NCBI GenBank assembly: GCA_018821175.1
Contig: JAHJMX010000089.1
Location: 1 to 30,007, forward strand
Origin: Patescibacteria group bacterium
GTDB taxonomy: Bacteria > Patescibacteriota > Gracilibacteria > UBA1369 > PNNO01
DNA length: 30,007 nucleotides
Direction: 5' to 3'
The notes beneath the pieces are model-generated. The model was not told the DNA's origin and made no database searches. It saw only the letters and a list, made by a program, of their open reading frames with translations. Made by a program: the position numbers and the translations under genes. How positions within the stretch are numbered: position 1 is the stretch's first letter; each line of letters starts with the position of its first letter. Below are positions 1-8,909 of this stretch, one piece after another.

Positions 1-571
1 GAGTGTCGTAATAATCGCCCCAGAATTTTTCTTTTATATATGTTGTTTTAAGTAATTTTTCTGGGTTTTGTATGAAAAGTTTGAGCAAAGTTTTATTTTT
101 TTTCGTAAGATTTATTAGATTTCCTTCAAAATAAAATTGATTATGATTTATGTCGTACTCCAAATTTTCATACTTAAGTTTCATATTCATGTTTGTATTT
201 CTTGAAAACTGAGCCCATCTAGTGACTCGGAGGGCAAGTTCTTTTGCATTGAATGGTTTTCTAATATAATCGTTCACACCTTGTTTAAAAGCTTCTTCTA
301 AATATTGAACCGATTGAAATCCAGTGATGATAATAATTGGGATTTGCTTATCTGTTTTTCTAATATCTTCACATAAATCCAGTCCACTCATTTGGTTTTC
401 TCCCAAGAATATATCAAGTAGAACTACATCAAATATATTGGTGCTGACTTCTTGCTTTGCACTTTCAAAATTGCATGCAATTTTTATAATATTTACTGTA
501 GTGTGTTTTCTTAACGTGTTTTGAATTGATGCTGCTACTAAAGGTTCATCTTCAACGATTAGTACGTTCAT
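1..571 (-). CDS. OmpR/PhoB-family response regulator (receiver + winged helix), 3' end truncated by window edge
   Basis: Manual translation from ATG at 571: MNVLIVEDEPLVAASIQNTL...FDVVLLDIFLGENQMSGLDLCEDIRKTDKQIPIIIITG...GVNDYIRKPFNAKELALRV...LKYENLEYD...LTKKNKTLLKLFIQNPEKLL...KFWG. Acidic pocket (ED), phospho-acceptor D, T and KPF are all present. Open to the window edge; absent from the ORF track. Confidence 0.93.
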   Translation of the reverse strand, partial: MNVLIVEDEPLVAASIQNTLRKHTTVNIIKIACNFESAKQEVSTNIFDVVLLDIFLGENQMSGLDLCEDIRKTDKQIPIIIITGFQSVQYLEEAFKQGVNDYIRKPFNAKELALRVTRWAQFSRNTNMNMKLKYENLEYDINHNQFYFEGNLINLTKKNKTLLKLFIQNPEKLLKTTYIKEKFWGDYYDT

Positions 572-716
572 TGGCTTGAATTGGTTTAGAATTTTATTTT
601 TTTTGTCATGATCATTTCATACTTCTTTTTTTTTGTCATGTTATCCTTCTAATCACTTGTCAATATCTGGTTTTTATAGTACTGTTCCGCACCAATGATT
701 ATAACACTTTTTCGTC

Positions 717-1313
717 ATGGAAAGTATGAAGAAAAAAGATATTGTACATCACTTTCTATTAAATCTGCTGACAGTTTTAGATTTTATGGTTAGAGAAGAC
801 AATATCGGGGAGAACACAAAGGGGGAAATTCTTAATTTATTAAAAGTTGCTGGCTTGATTATCTCAAATGAAAAAGTATTTATAGATGAAAAACCTGAAT
901 TTTTTATTCAAGAAATTCATCTTAATGACATTCTTGAAATAGTTGTATCTATTTATCAAAAAATGCTTGATGAACATGGGGTTACCATTGTTATTCCACA
1001 TGAAGATTATGCTTTGAATATAGATAGGCATTATTTTGGAGAAGCTATGAAATATATTGTTGAGAGATTGATGACATCAGTTTCTTTCATTAATTTTGAA
1101 TATGATAAAAATGTGAAAATTTTATCTATTTTGCATGATGGTGGTGAGATTATCCCTGATTTGTCGAAATCATTGTCAAGCTTTTTGGCGGTGAAGGGGA
1201 TTTCAAAGGATGACATCATTTATCGCCTTGCTTTAGCGCTTTTAGAAATGCAAGGGATGAAAGTTGAGTTCTCATCTAATAAAATTGAAATTAAAATGGG
1301 GAAGCTTGTTTAG
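717..1313 (+). CDS. Degenerate histidine-kinase-like protein (DHp/HATPase remnant, no sensor or TM)
   Basis: EIHLNDILEIVVSIY...HGVTI...LNIDRHYFGEAMKYIVERL...ILHDGGEII...YRLALALLEMQGMKVEF follows HATPase_c layout, but the N, G1 and G2 boxes are eroded. Divergent from a response regulator. Confidence 0.6.
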   Translation: MESMKKKDIVHHFLLNLLTVLDFMVREDNIGENTKGEILNLLKVAGLIISNEKVFIDEKPEFFIQEIHLNDILEIVVSIYQKMLDEHGVTIVIPHEDYALNIDRHYFGEAMKYIVERLMTSVSFINFEYDKNVKILSILHDGGEIIPDLSKSLSSFLAVKGISKDDIIYRLALALLEMQGMKVEFSSNKIEIKMGKLV

Positions 1314-1353
1314 ATGGGGTTCATGTTTATGTGACATATGGTCTCACAGGGGC

Positions 1354-1381
1354 TTGACAAGCGCCGATATCTGGTTATAAT
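1354..1381 (+). promoter_or_regulatory. Sigma70-type promoter for the 1421 gene
   Basis: TTGACA (1354-1359), 16-nt spacer, TATAAT (1376-1381): both hexamers are perfect consensus. Confidence 0.75.
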
Positions 1382-1420
1382 AACACCCTTTGTATAGTAT
1401 TAATATAACGATTTTTCGCA

Positions 1421-2488
1421 ATGGCTTGGGACAAAATATATCTTTCACAACTAGTTGTTATTATTAACCTTATCAAGAAGGGGAATATAGAAAATGGTCA
1501 TGGTGCTTTAAAAAAGTTTGATGAATATTTGGATGATGTTAAATATCTTGGGCAATTTAGTTCTGATAATTGGGATAAATACTGGAGAAAGAAAGTCTAT
1601 GATTTTGCTAAACTTTTTGATGATGTTGCTGAAAGACATGCAGGTCGTTTTTTGCGTGTTTTAAATGAAAAACTTAAAGTGATTGGAGATAGCGAGAAAG
1701 AGGTTATTGAATTTATTAAGTCTGAGCTTGTTTATCATTATGAAACTAAGCAAAGCAATCTTTTAAAGCAATTTGCTGATTTTGTTCATCAATATCCAGA
1801 TAATCCTGAGTTCGCACAAAATTATTCAAATGTTCTTTTTGAAAATAACTACTTTGCTGCCGCAATCCAAGAAGCAGAAAAAACGCTTTTGATTGAGCCA
1901 GATAACAAAGTGTTTCTAGAAAGTATTTTGAATAAAGAACGTGGATATTTTGAATATTTACTTGATCAAAATGATATTAAGGCTGCTAAAAAACTTCTTC
2001 AAAAAATGGAGAAAAATGAGAGATACATTAAACGGCCAAATTTTGCGAGTCAGCTTGTTGTGATGAGAGATCGTTTCCGTGATATAGATATGATTTTCAA
2101 GAAAATTGATGGGATTGATGCGATTGTTCGAAAATCTAATGACCGGGAAAAATGGAGATATATCGAAATTTTTGGCATTTTCTCAGCCATTATTGCATTT
2201 GTTGTTGTAAATGTAGATATTGCAATTGCAGAAAAATTGGCATTTGCAGAAAGATTACTTTTAATGGTTGCTATGGGCGCTATTCTCTCAATTTTTGCAA
2301 TTACAATTTCTTATATTTTCAATCAAGATGATGGGAAATTTTTTCTCAAACCAAAATTTTGGGTTTTGATAATCCTTCTAGTATTCGTCGGTGTTATGAT
2401 TGCATTTAGCCAATTCAGCAATTTTGCAGAATTTTATAGTTTCTTTTTCGATTCGACACGTAATATTAATTTGACAGCGAAACTCTAA
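1421..2488 (+). CDS. Hypothetical protein: helical/TPR-like N-region plus about 3 C-terminal TM helices
   Basis: 355-aa ORF. TPR-like segment YPDNPEFAQNYSNVLFENNYFAAAIQEAEKTLLIEPDN; hydrophobic stretches IFGIFSAIIAFVVV, LLLMVAMGAILSIFAITI, FWVLIILLVFVGVMIAF. Confidence 0.7.
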   Translation: MAWDKIYLSQLVVIINLIKKGNIENGHGALKKFDEYLDDVKYLGQFSSDNWDKYWRKKVYDFAKLFDDVAERHAGRFLRVLNEKLKVIGDSEKEVIEFIKSELVYHYETKQSNLLKQFADFVHQYPDNPEFAQNYSNVLFENNYFAAAIQEAEKTLLIEPDNKVFLESILNKERGYFEYLLDQNDIKAAKKLLQKMEKNERYIKRPNFASQLVVMRDRFRDIDMIFKKIDGIDAIVRKSNDREKWRYIEIFGIFSAIIAFVVVNVDIAIAEKLAFAERLLLMVAMGAILSIFAITISYIFNQDDGKFFLKPKFWVLIILLVFVGVMIAFSQFSNFAEFYSFFFDSTRNINLTAKL

Positions 2489-2518
2489 AAAGGGATTTGA
2501 ATATAATTAATGTTATAT

Positions 2519-2548
2519 AAGGATAATTTACTTTATCCTTCATTTTTT
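2519..2548 (+). terminator. Possible intrinsic terminator
   Basis: AAGGATAA (2519-2526) pairs with TTATCCTT (2533-2540), followed by CATTTTTT. The stem is AT-rich and weak. Confidence 0.35.
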
Positions 2549-2608
2549 GTTTAATTTTTGTTATAAATGTGAAGTCATCTATATATAAATCAATTACTTC
2601 GAATAAAA

Positions 2609-3733
2609 ATGCCTATTAAAAAAACGCCACAACTTACGGTTCAAAATTTCGCCGCTTATTTTTTAATTGTAATTATTGTTACGCTTTTGTTTGTTTTGTT
2701 TGGTATATATTCACCGTTTTGGAATATTTTGATTTTCGCCACTTTGTTTGCAACTATTTTTTTACCGATTTTCAAGAAATTAAGAGATTTATTTGGGGGG
2801 CATCAGAGAATTGCTTCTATAGTTACATGTATTTTAGTTTTGTTTGTAATCATTATTCCACTTGGTCTTTTTTTGATTCTGCTTGTTAATGAAGGGATGA
2901 ATGCGTTTTCTGATATATTCCACAAATTGAATTCTGGATTTTTTGATCAATATACGGTTTGGTGGAAAGAAGGGAATTTTATGTATGATCAATTCCAAAG
3001 CCTTACTGCCTATATAAGTAGTTTTGGTGGGGAAAGTTTTGATATTACTGGTTTGAATTTCGATATTATTGGGCAAATTACTTCTGGGATTGCTTGGTTT
3101 ACAAAGAATTCTTTTGAAACTATAAGTAATTTCTTGGCAAATATAATTTGGTTTATATTTTCGTTCTTTATATTTTTCTTTTCTCTATATTATTTCTTGA
3201 AAGACGGGGAATTCTTTGCTAAAAAAATCACTGATTTGAGCCCACTTCCAAAAAAATATGAAGCTGCAATTTTTAAAAAATTTAAAGAAGTTACACTTGC
3301 CATGCTTTTTGGGATTTTCTTTACTGCAGTGATTCAAGGGACACTTGCTGGAATTGGTTATGCCATTGTGGGTGTACCTAATCCAATTTTCTGGGCTACA
3401 GCGACTGGATTTTTCTCGCTCGTACCTTTGTTTGGGACAGCAATTATCTGGGGGCCAACTGCACTTATTCTTATGTTGACAGGGAATCTTGTTGGAGGAA
3501 TTGGGCTATTTCTTTGGGGAATGACAGTTGTTGCAACTGTTGATAATTTTGTTCGTCCTTACCTTATTGAAGGACGAGCTCCAGTTCATCCACTTCTTAC
3601 TTTCCTTGCTGTGCTTGGAGGATTGTTTGCATTTGGGTTGCAGGGGATTATATATGGTCCTCTTGTGCTTAACTTGCTTCTTGCGTTCCTCCATATTTAC
3701 GAAATGGAATATGCAAAAGTTTTAAAGCATTAA
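2609..3733 (+). CDS. AI-2E family (UPF0118/PerM/TqsA) transporter
   Basis: 374 aa, polytopic. Family-typical C-half AVIQGTLAGIGY...FFSLVPLFGTAIIWGP...VDNFVRPYLI...VHPLLTFLAVLGGLFAFGLQGIIYGP. Confidence 0.9.
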   Translation: MPIKKTPQLTVQNFAAYFLIVIIVTLLFVLFGIYSPFWNILIFATLFATIFLPIFKKLRDLFGGHQRIASIVTCILVLFVIIIPLGLFLILLVNEGMNAFSDIFHKLNSGFFDQYTVWWKEGNFMYDQFQSLTAYISSFGGESFDITGLNFDIIGQITSGIAWFTKNSFETISNFLANIIWFIFSFFIFFFSLYYFLKDGEFFAKKITDLSPLPKKYEAAIFKKFKEVTLAMLFGIFFTAVIQGTLAGIGYAIVGVPNPIFWATATGFFSLVPLFGTAIIWGPTALILMLTGNLVGGIGLFLWGMTVVATVDNFVRPYLIEGRAPVHPLLTFLAVLGGLFAFGLQGIIYGPLVLNLLLAFLHIYEMEYAKVLKH

Positions 3734-3748
3734 AAGGGGCTCCCCTTT
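3733..3748. terminator. Bidirectional terminator between convergent genes
   Basis: AAAGGG-GCTC-CCCTTT hairpin with A/T tracts on both flanks, in the 30-nt gap between convergent stop codons. Confidence 0.55.
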
Positions 3749-3763
3749 ATTTTGACTTTTTAT

Positions 3764-5965
3764 TTAAATTGATTTTCGCAATTTAGCATTGTTTTCTTTT
3801 AATAATGCAATTGATGCCGCGACTGAAAGTGGAGCTAGTACTGGATGGATTAACATTCCAGTAATTGGTAGGAAAACTCCTGCTGCAATTGGTAACGCAA
3901 TTAAATGGTAGAGAAAAGATATTTTAAAATTGTTACCGATTGTTTTCATAATTGCATTTGCGCTATTTATTGCTGAATTGATCTTATTAAGATCATCATT
4001 GATACAGGTCATATCTGAAGATTCTAGTTCAGTGTCAGTACCTGTATTCATTGAAATCCCAATATCTGCCTGTATTAAAACAGGAGCGTCGTTAATCCCA
4101 TTTCCAACAAATGCAACGATTTCTTTTTTGTCTTGAAAAGCTTGGATTGTTTCAATTTTTTCTTTTTGTAATATGTCGGCGACAATGTCTTTTATGCGAA
4201 GTTCATTTGCGATATGTTCTGTGATTTTTTCATTATCACCACTTACAATTGTCATTTGAATTTTTTGTTTGTTCAAATTTACAGCAACTTCTTTTGCACT
4301 TTCCTTGATTGTATCAGCAACACCAATTACACCTATTAGGATACGACTCTTTGCAACAAAAATTGGAGTACGTACATTTCTTGAAAGGATTTCTGCTGCA
4401 TGCTTGAGTTCGCTATCCATCTGTACATTTGACTGTTCCATCAATTTCAAATTTCCAGCTACAACTTCTTCTCCTTCAATAATTCCCATAATTCCTTGTC
4501 CTTCGATATACCTACAATCGTATGGTTTTTGGAATGTTATTTTTTCATTTTTGCAATATTCAACAATCATTTCTGCGAATGGATGATTCGAAGCACTTTC
4601 TAAAGACCCAAGTAAAATCAAAAATCTTTTTTCATTAAATCCAGGTTTTGTAATTACGTTTGTAATCTCAGGAATTCCATTTGTTAAAATTCCAGTTTTA
4701 TCAAAAACAACTCGATCTATTCGTGACAGTTTTTCTAAAGTTTTACCCCCTTTTAAAAGAATTCCTCGTGAAGCAAGTTTTTCTAATCCAAAGTTAATTG
4801 GATTCAGCGTTGCATACTCAAAAATATATGTATTTGCAATGATCAAAATGCTGGTGCTTGTCATTATTGCAACAAATGTATTTGCGCCTAGATAAAGCCA
4901 AGTAAAAGCAGTTACAGCGGCTACTATCAAAATTAAAATCGTAAATATGTTGTTAGCTTTTTCTCCGAATTTCTCTTTTTTACTTTGATATTTTTTTGTC
5001 TGATTCAGGAGGGAAATAATTTGTGAAAGAGTTGTATTTTTACCAACTTGCGTGGCTTTTATAGCAATCGTGTTTTGAATATTAATTGTTGCTGCCATCA
5101 CTTCACTTCCAACAGTTTTTTCTTCTTCAGGGCCACTACCAGTTACCATTACTTCGTTAATTTTTGTTATTCCTTGGATAATAATGCCATCAACAGGAAT
5201 AGTTTCTCCAGCATTTACTTTGATTACTTCTCCAGCTTTGATGTCATTTGTATCAACTTCTATTTCTGTACCATTTCTAACAACACGAGCTTTCTTCGGT
5301 TGTAAGCTTACTAGATTATCGATATTTGCCTTTAATTTTCTTTCTATATTAAGTCCAAGTAAACGGATTGCAATTGTTGCAAGAACAATGAATGTGATAC
5401 TTTGATGAATAATCATTCTATTTACATATGGAGTGATGTTTGGGATCAAAGTAAGTATGAGTGCGTATATATATAGGAGTGCAAGTCCAACAGTACTTAA
5501 TAAATACTTGCTATTTTTAAATTTGATAATATTTGTATAGGCGATTTTGCAAAATTCAAAAACCCCGAAATAAATAACGAGAGAAGTTAATGCAAAGAAG
5601 ATTGGATTAACCAAAAATGTTGGAAATCCATCAATTTTTCTTATTATAATTTCTCCAAATAGAATGAGGAGTGTTAAGATTGCGCAAACTATCATTCTTT
5701 TGATCCATTTTTGTAATTCAGTTTTTCTTTTCTTGAGTTTTTCGCTCTCTAGTTCTATTTTTTCTGGAGTATAATCAATTTTTTCAATTGCCTTTATTAT
5801 TGTTTTTTCGCTAATAATCTTTTCGTCGTATGAAATTGCAGCGCTTTCATTTGGGAAATTTACAGTAATGCTTAAAACTCCCTTGATTGCACCTATAATT
5901 TTTTCAATTTTTTGTGCGCAAGTCGCACAGTGCATATCGCGGATTTTTAGCATCAAATTTTCCAT
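3764..5965 (-). CDS. P1B (CopA-like) P-type ATPase with degenerate transport motifs
   Basis: N-terminal HMA domain MHCATC; IPVDG; DKTGILT (phospho-Asp, about D422); SNHP; SGDN; GNGINDAP. The CPC site reads NTY and TGE reads TGS. Uninterrupted 733-aa ORF. Confidence 0.88.
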   Translation of the reverse strand: MENLMLKIRDMHCATCAQKIEKIIGAIKGVLSITVNFPNESAAISYDEKIISEKTIIKAIEKIDYTPEKIELESEKLKKRKTELQKWIKRMIVCAILTLLILFGEIIIRKIDGFPTFLVNPIFFALTSLVIYFGVFEFCKIAYTNIIKFKNSKYLLSTVGLALLYIYALILTLIPNITPYVNRMIIHQSITFIVLATIAIRLLGLNIERKLKANIDNLVSLQPKKARVVRNGTEIEVDTNDIKAGEVIKVNAGETIPVDGIIIQGITKINEVMVTGSGPEEEKTVGSEVMAATINIQNTIAIKATQVGKNTTLSQIISLLNQTKKYQSKKEKFGEKANNIFTILILIVAAVTAFTWLYLGANTFVAIMTSTSILIIANTYIFEYATLNPINFGLEKLASRGILLKGGKTLEKLSRIDRVVFDKTGILTNGIPEITNVITKPGFNEKRFLILLGSLESASNHPFAEMIVEYCKNEKITFQKPYDCRYIEGQGIMGIIEGEEVVAGNLKLMEQSNVQMDSELKHAAEILSRNVRTPIFVAKSRILIGVIGVADTIKESAKEVAVNLNKQKIQMTIVSGDNEKITEHIANELRIKDIVADILQKEKIETIQAFQDKKEIVAFVGNGINDAPVLIQADIGISMNTGTDTELESSDMTCINDDLNKINSAINSANAIMKTIGNNFKISFLYHLIALPIAAGVFLPITGMLIHPVLAPLSVAASIALLKENNAKLRKSI

Positions 5966-5984
5966 GCGAATTTAGGTAAAGTTA

Positions 5985-6713
5985 TTAAGAAAGTTCACCT
6001 TCGATGATTGATTTTAAATTAGCATAACTGTTTGGGACTCCACGAATTAATTTCCCATTAATAAACAAAGTTGGGGTTGATTGTACTCCATATGAAATCC
6101 CTTCTGCCTTGTCTTTTAGAATTTCTTCTGTGTATTTTTCACTTTCATAACATTCAGTAAAAGTTGCTGCATTGAGGCCAATATTCTTTGCGTATTCATC
6201 AAAGTTTGTTTTTGGATTTTCTTCTTTGGCCCAGGTTGTTTGATTTTCAAAAAGCATGTCATGCATCGCAAAATATTTCCCTTGATCTCCAGCACATTCT
6301 GCTGCCATTGCAGCATTAATTGCATTTGTGTGAATTGTTAATGGGAAATCTCGATAAACGTATTTCACTTTTCCTGTATCAATAAAATCTTTTTTCAAGT
6401 TTGGATAAATTTCTTTATACATCTTCGCGCAAAATGGACATTGATATTCACTAAATTCAACTATCAAAATTGGGGCATCTTCAGATCCTAAAAAATCATC
6501 ATCGTCTGCACTTATTTCCAAAACATTTTCTTGCTCTGTTTGTGTAGTTTGTGCGTTCCCTGATTCTACTACTGTTTTTTTGATATTTGAATCATTGTGG
6601 AATTCGATAGTTGCCAGTTCAAAGCGCCCGATGATATATCCAACTATTAGACCAATTAAAATAAATGATGCTGTTTTCCATATGTTTTGTGAAGATTCTT
6701 GTGTATCTGCCAT
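5985..6713 (-). CDS. DsbA-family thiol-disulfide oxidoreductase, N-terminal membrane anchor
   Basis: IVEFSEYQCPFC, YVYRDFPL, AAMAAECAGDQGKY, GVQSTPTLFING (CxxC plus cis-Pro loop). Start placed at ATG 6713; the in-frame GTG at 6749 is the alternative. Confidence 0.9.
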   Translation of the reverse strand: MADTQESSQNIWKTASFILIGLIVGYIIGRFELATIEFHNDSNIKKTVVESGNAQTTQTEQENVLEISADDDDFLGSEDAPILIVEFSEYQCPFCAKMYKEIYPNLKKDFIDTGKVKYVYRDFPLTIHTNAINAAMAAECAGDQGKYFAMHDMLFENQTTWAKEENPKTNFDEYAKNIGLNAATFTECYESEKYTEEILKDKAEGISYGVQSTPTLFINGKLIRGVPNSYANLKSIIEGELS

Positions 6714-6798
6714 TCTGGATGAGGGGTTAATGTGACTAACATCTGTCACCCTTCATTATGAACACAAATTCACTAAATATCAAAAACAAACCTAAATT

Positions 6799-8772
6799 TT
6801 ATATAAATTTTATAAGCCCCCACTTTTTAACCCCAAAATATCCTATGAATCCTAGTGGTGGTAGAAAAGAGATAACGGCATACAGAGGGTTATTAATCCC
6901 GGGACTTTCGGCTTTGTCGTTTTGATCATCTTGTGTTTTTTCTAAGATTTCATATGTTTCCAAAATCAATTTATCGTCCTCTTTGGATGCTATGATTTCG
7001 AGATCAATTCCTTTTTGAAATATATTACTTAAAATATTATCCCCACTTTGTATAATATGGAATTCTACGAATGTTGGCTCTAAATCTTCAATTTGTAAAT
7101 TTAATATACTGTTGATTTCGTCAAAAACTTCAATTTTACCTTTATATTTATATAGTCTTTGATTTTCTTTTCCTGGACTGATATTTTTGTTCCATTTCCA
7201 AATTGCTTCTTCTTCGCCTTCAATGCTAATTTTCATAAATGATTCGTTTTCTGAAACTTTTAAATATGTAATTGCATCTATTTCAGAGCCCTCAAAATCA
7301 ATTAGTCTTACTTGGTTTTCACTGTTTTTGAGTGCAAAACCTAAATCTTTATCGCTTAAAATGAAGTATTCCCCTGAATTAATTGTTGTATTTTCAAATG
7401 TGAATATTTTTTTACTTTCTTCTCCTATATCTATTGTCCAATTACCCATATCAATGTTTTCATCTGATGCGTTATAAATTTCAATCCATTCATTTCCAGA
7501 ATCACTGCCTTCAGGATTCGGAAAGATTTCTGTTATATACATTTCATCTGATAATGTCCCATCCACGATGTTTGATTTTTCATTCGCATTATTTTTTTCT
7601 GTAGTTGCCTTTGTTTCCTTTTGTGTGTTGGCAGTTTCTAATTCAGGGAATTCATTTGGTAAAAGGGGAGTTGGCATTAAACTCCATTCGTAATCATTAC
7701 CATCTGTAATTGCATAACTTTTGCCTTCTGCAGCATTTTTATACGTAACATCAACAACAATTTCATTATCACTATCAAAAAGCCTGACTTCATCTTCATC
7801 ATTATTCAAATTTAATTTTGTTTCCCAGGACGGCAGCAATAAAAAACCATTACCTTGAATTTCTTTATTTTTTATTAAATAGGATTTGCTCCCTCCGTCC
7901 TGGTCATCTATTTGCCATCCATCCAAATTACAGTTTTCGCTATTTGTATTCATGAGTTCAATCCATTCTTTGTCAGTGTCTTTGCCGCTCGGATTTGGCA
8001 TTATTTCGCTGATGAGAATATTTTCTTTACAAACATTCCCGATCACAGGATTTAAATTTACGCTTTCTATAATATTATTTTCTTCAATTCCTATAACATC
8101 TGTGTGAGATTCATCATTTATTTCAGGTTGGATTTCATTTTCCTCCAAAATAATTTCCCAATCATCCGCAGAATTTGTATCTACTACATTTTTCCTGCCA
8201 ATTGAAATATTAGTTCCAATATCCACACTATTGATGCAACTTGAAATATTTGAATCATTCCATTGTTCTTCTTCATACATTGTCTCGAAATCTTCAATTT
8301 CGTCCTTTGTTGGTGAATCACTTGTCCAACAAATTCCGTCGACAATAACATTATTATGATTTTTCAAAATAACTTGCTCGGTTGTCCCAGTTAATCCACT
8401 TTTTGTTAATTTTATATTTAAAATCCCATCATTCAACGTAATGCTCTCAGAATTTTCTTTAAAAGAAATAATTATTTCGTCACCACTTTCAACCAAAATA
8501 TCATTTTTGATTTCGAAAAACACGTTATCATCAGAGATCTGCATTCCTTTTAAACTTTTCTTTTTATTCTCTACATACTCACTAACAATAATTTTAATAA
8601 AATCCTGTTCAGTATTTTTGAAATTTACTTCATTAATAAGGAGATTTGGGAATTCATATTCTCGCACATCTGGGGTGGCCATTTCGGCATATGCTCTTTG
8701 CACAAAACTTAAATAAATTACAACAAGCGCAAAAATCATCAAATCAAAAAATCGTTTCAAATTAAATTTCAT
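6799..8772 (-). CDS. Exported lamin-tail-domain (LTD) protein, three LTD-like repeats, C-terminal TM anchor
   Basis: Signal-peptide-like N-terminus (IFALVVIYLSFVQRAYA); repeats LLINEVNF, ILISEIMPNPSGKDTDKEWIELMN, MYITEIFPNPEGSDSGNEWIEIYN; C-terminal hydrophobic helix followed by KK. Confidence 0.8.
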   Translation of the reverse strand: MKFNLKRFFDLMIFALVVIYLSFVQRAYAEMATPDVREYEFPNLLINEVNFKNTEQDFIKIIVSEYVENKKKSLKGMQISDDNVFFEIKNDILVESGDEIIISFKENSESITLNDGILNIKLTKSGLTGTTEQVILKNHNNVIVDGICWTSDSPTKDEIEDFETMYEEEQWNDSNISSCINSVDIGTNISIGRKNVVDTNSADDWEIILEENEIQPEINDESHTDVIGIEENNIIESVNLNPVIGNVCKENILISEIMPNPSGKDTDKEWIELMNTNSENCNLDGWQIDDQDGGSKSYLIKNKEIQGNGFLLLPSWETKLNLNNDEDEVRLFDSDNEIVVDVTYKNAAEGKSYAITDGNDYEWSLMPTPLLPNEFPELETANTQKETKATTEKNNANEKSNIVDGTLSDEMYITEIFPNPEGSDSGNEWIEIYNASDENIDMGNWTIDIGEESKKIFTFENTTINSGEYFILSDKDLGFALKNSENQVRLIDFEGSEIDAITYLKVSENESFMKISIEGEEEAIWKWNKNISPGKENQRLYKYKGKIEVFDEINSILNLQIEDLEPTFVEFHIIQSGDNILSNIFQKGIDLEIIASKEDDKLILETYEILEKTQDDQNDKAESPGINNPLYAVISFLPPLGFIGYFGVKKWGLIKFI

Positions 8773-8862
8773 ATCAAAAAATTAGGAAAAAGTTAGAATG
8801 GATCTGCACTTTATCTATTTAGAATTAAATTTCTCTAAAAAATTCATAAAATCTAAACCTCG

Positions 8863-8889
8863 TTGACTTTTTGACTCCCATACTATAAT
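8863..8889 (+). promoter_or_regulatory. Probable sigma70 promoter for the ncRNA/rny region
   Basis: TTGACT (8863-8868) and TATAAT (8884-8889). The 15-nt spacer is short. Confidence 0.45.
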
Positions 8890-8909
8890 TTATTTAATGG
8901 TTAAATCAT

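Noticed and set aside
324-524. 66-aa plus-strand ORF in the track
   Set aside because: Shadow of the minus-strand response regulator, which has clear family motifs.
663-1376. ATATCTGGTT shared by two neighbouring upstream regions (663-672, 1367-1376)
   Set aside because: Only two copies, at different positions relative to promoter elements; cannot be separated from chance.
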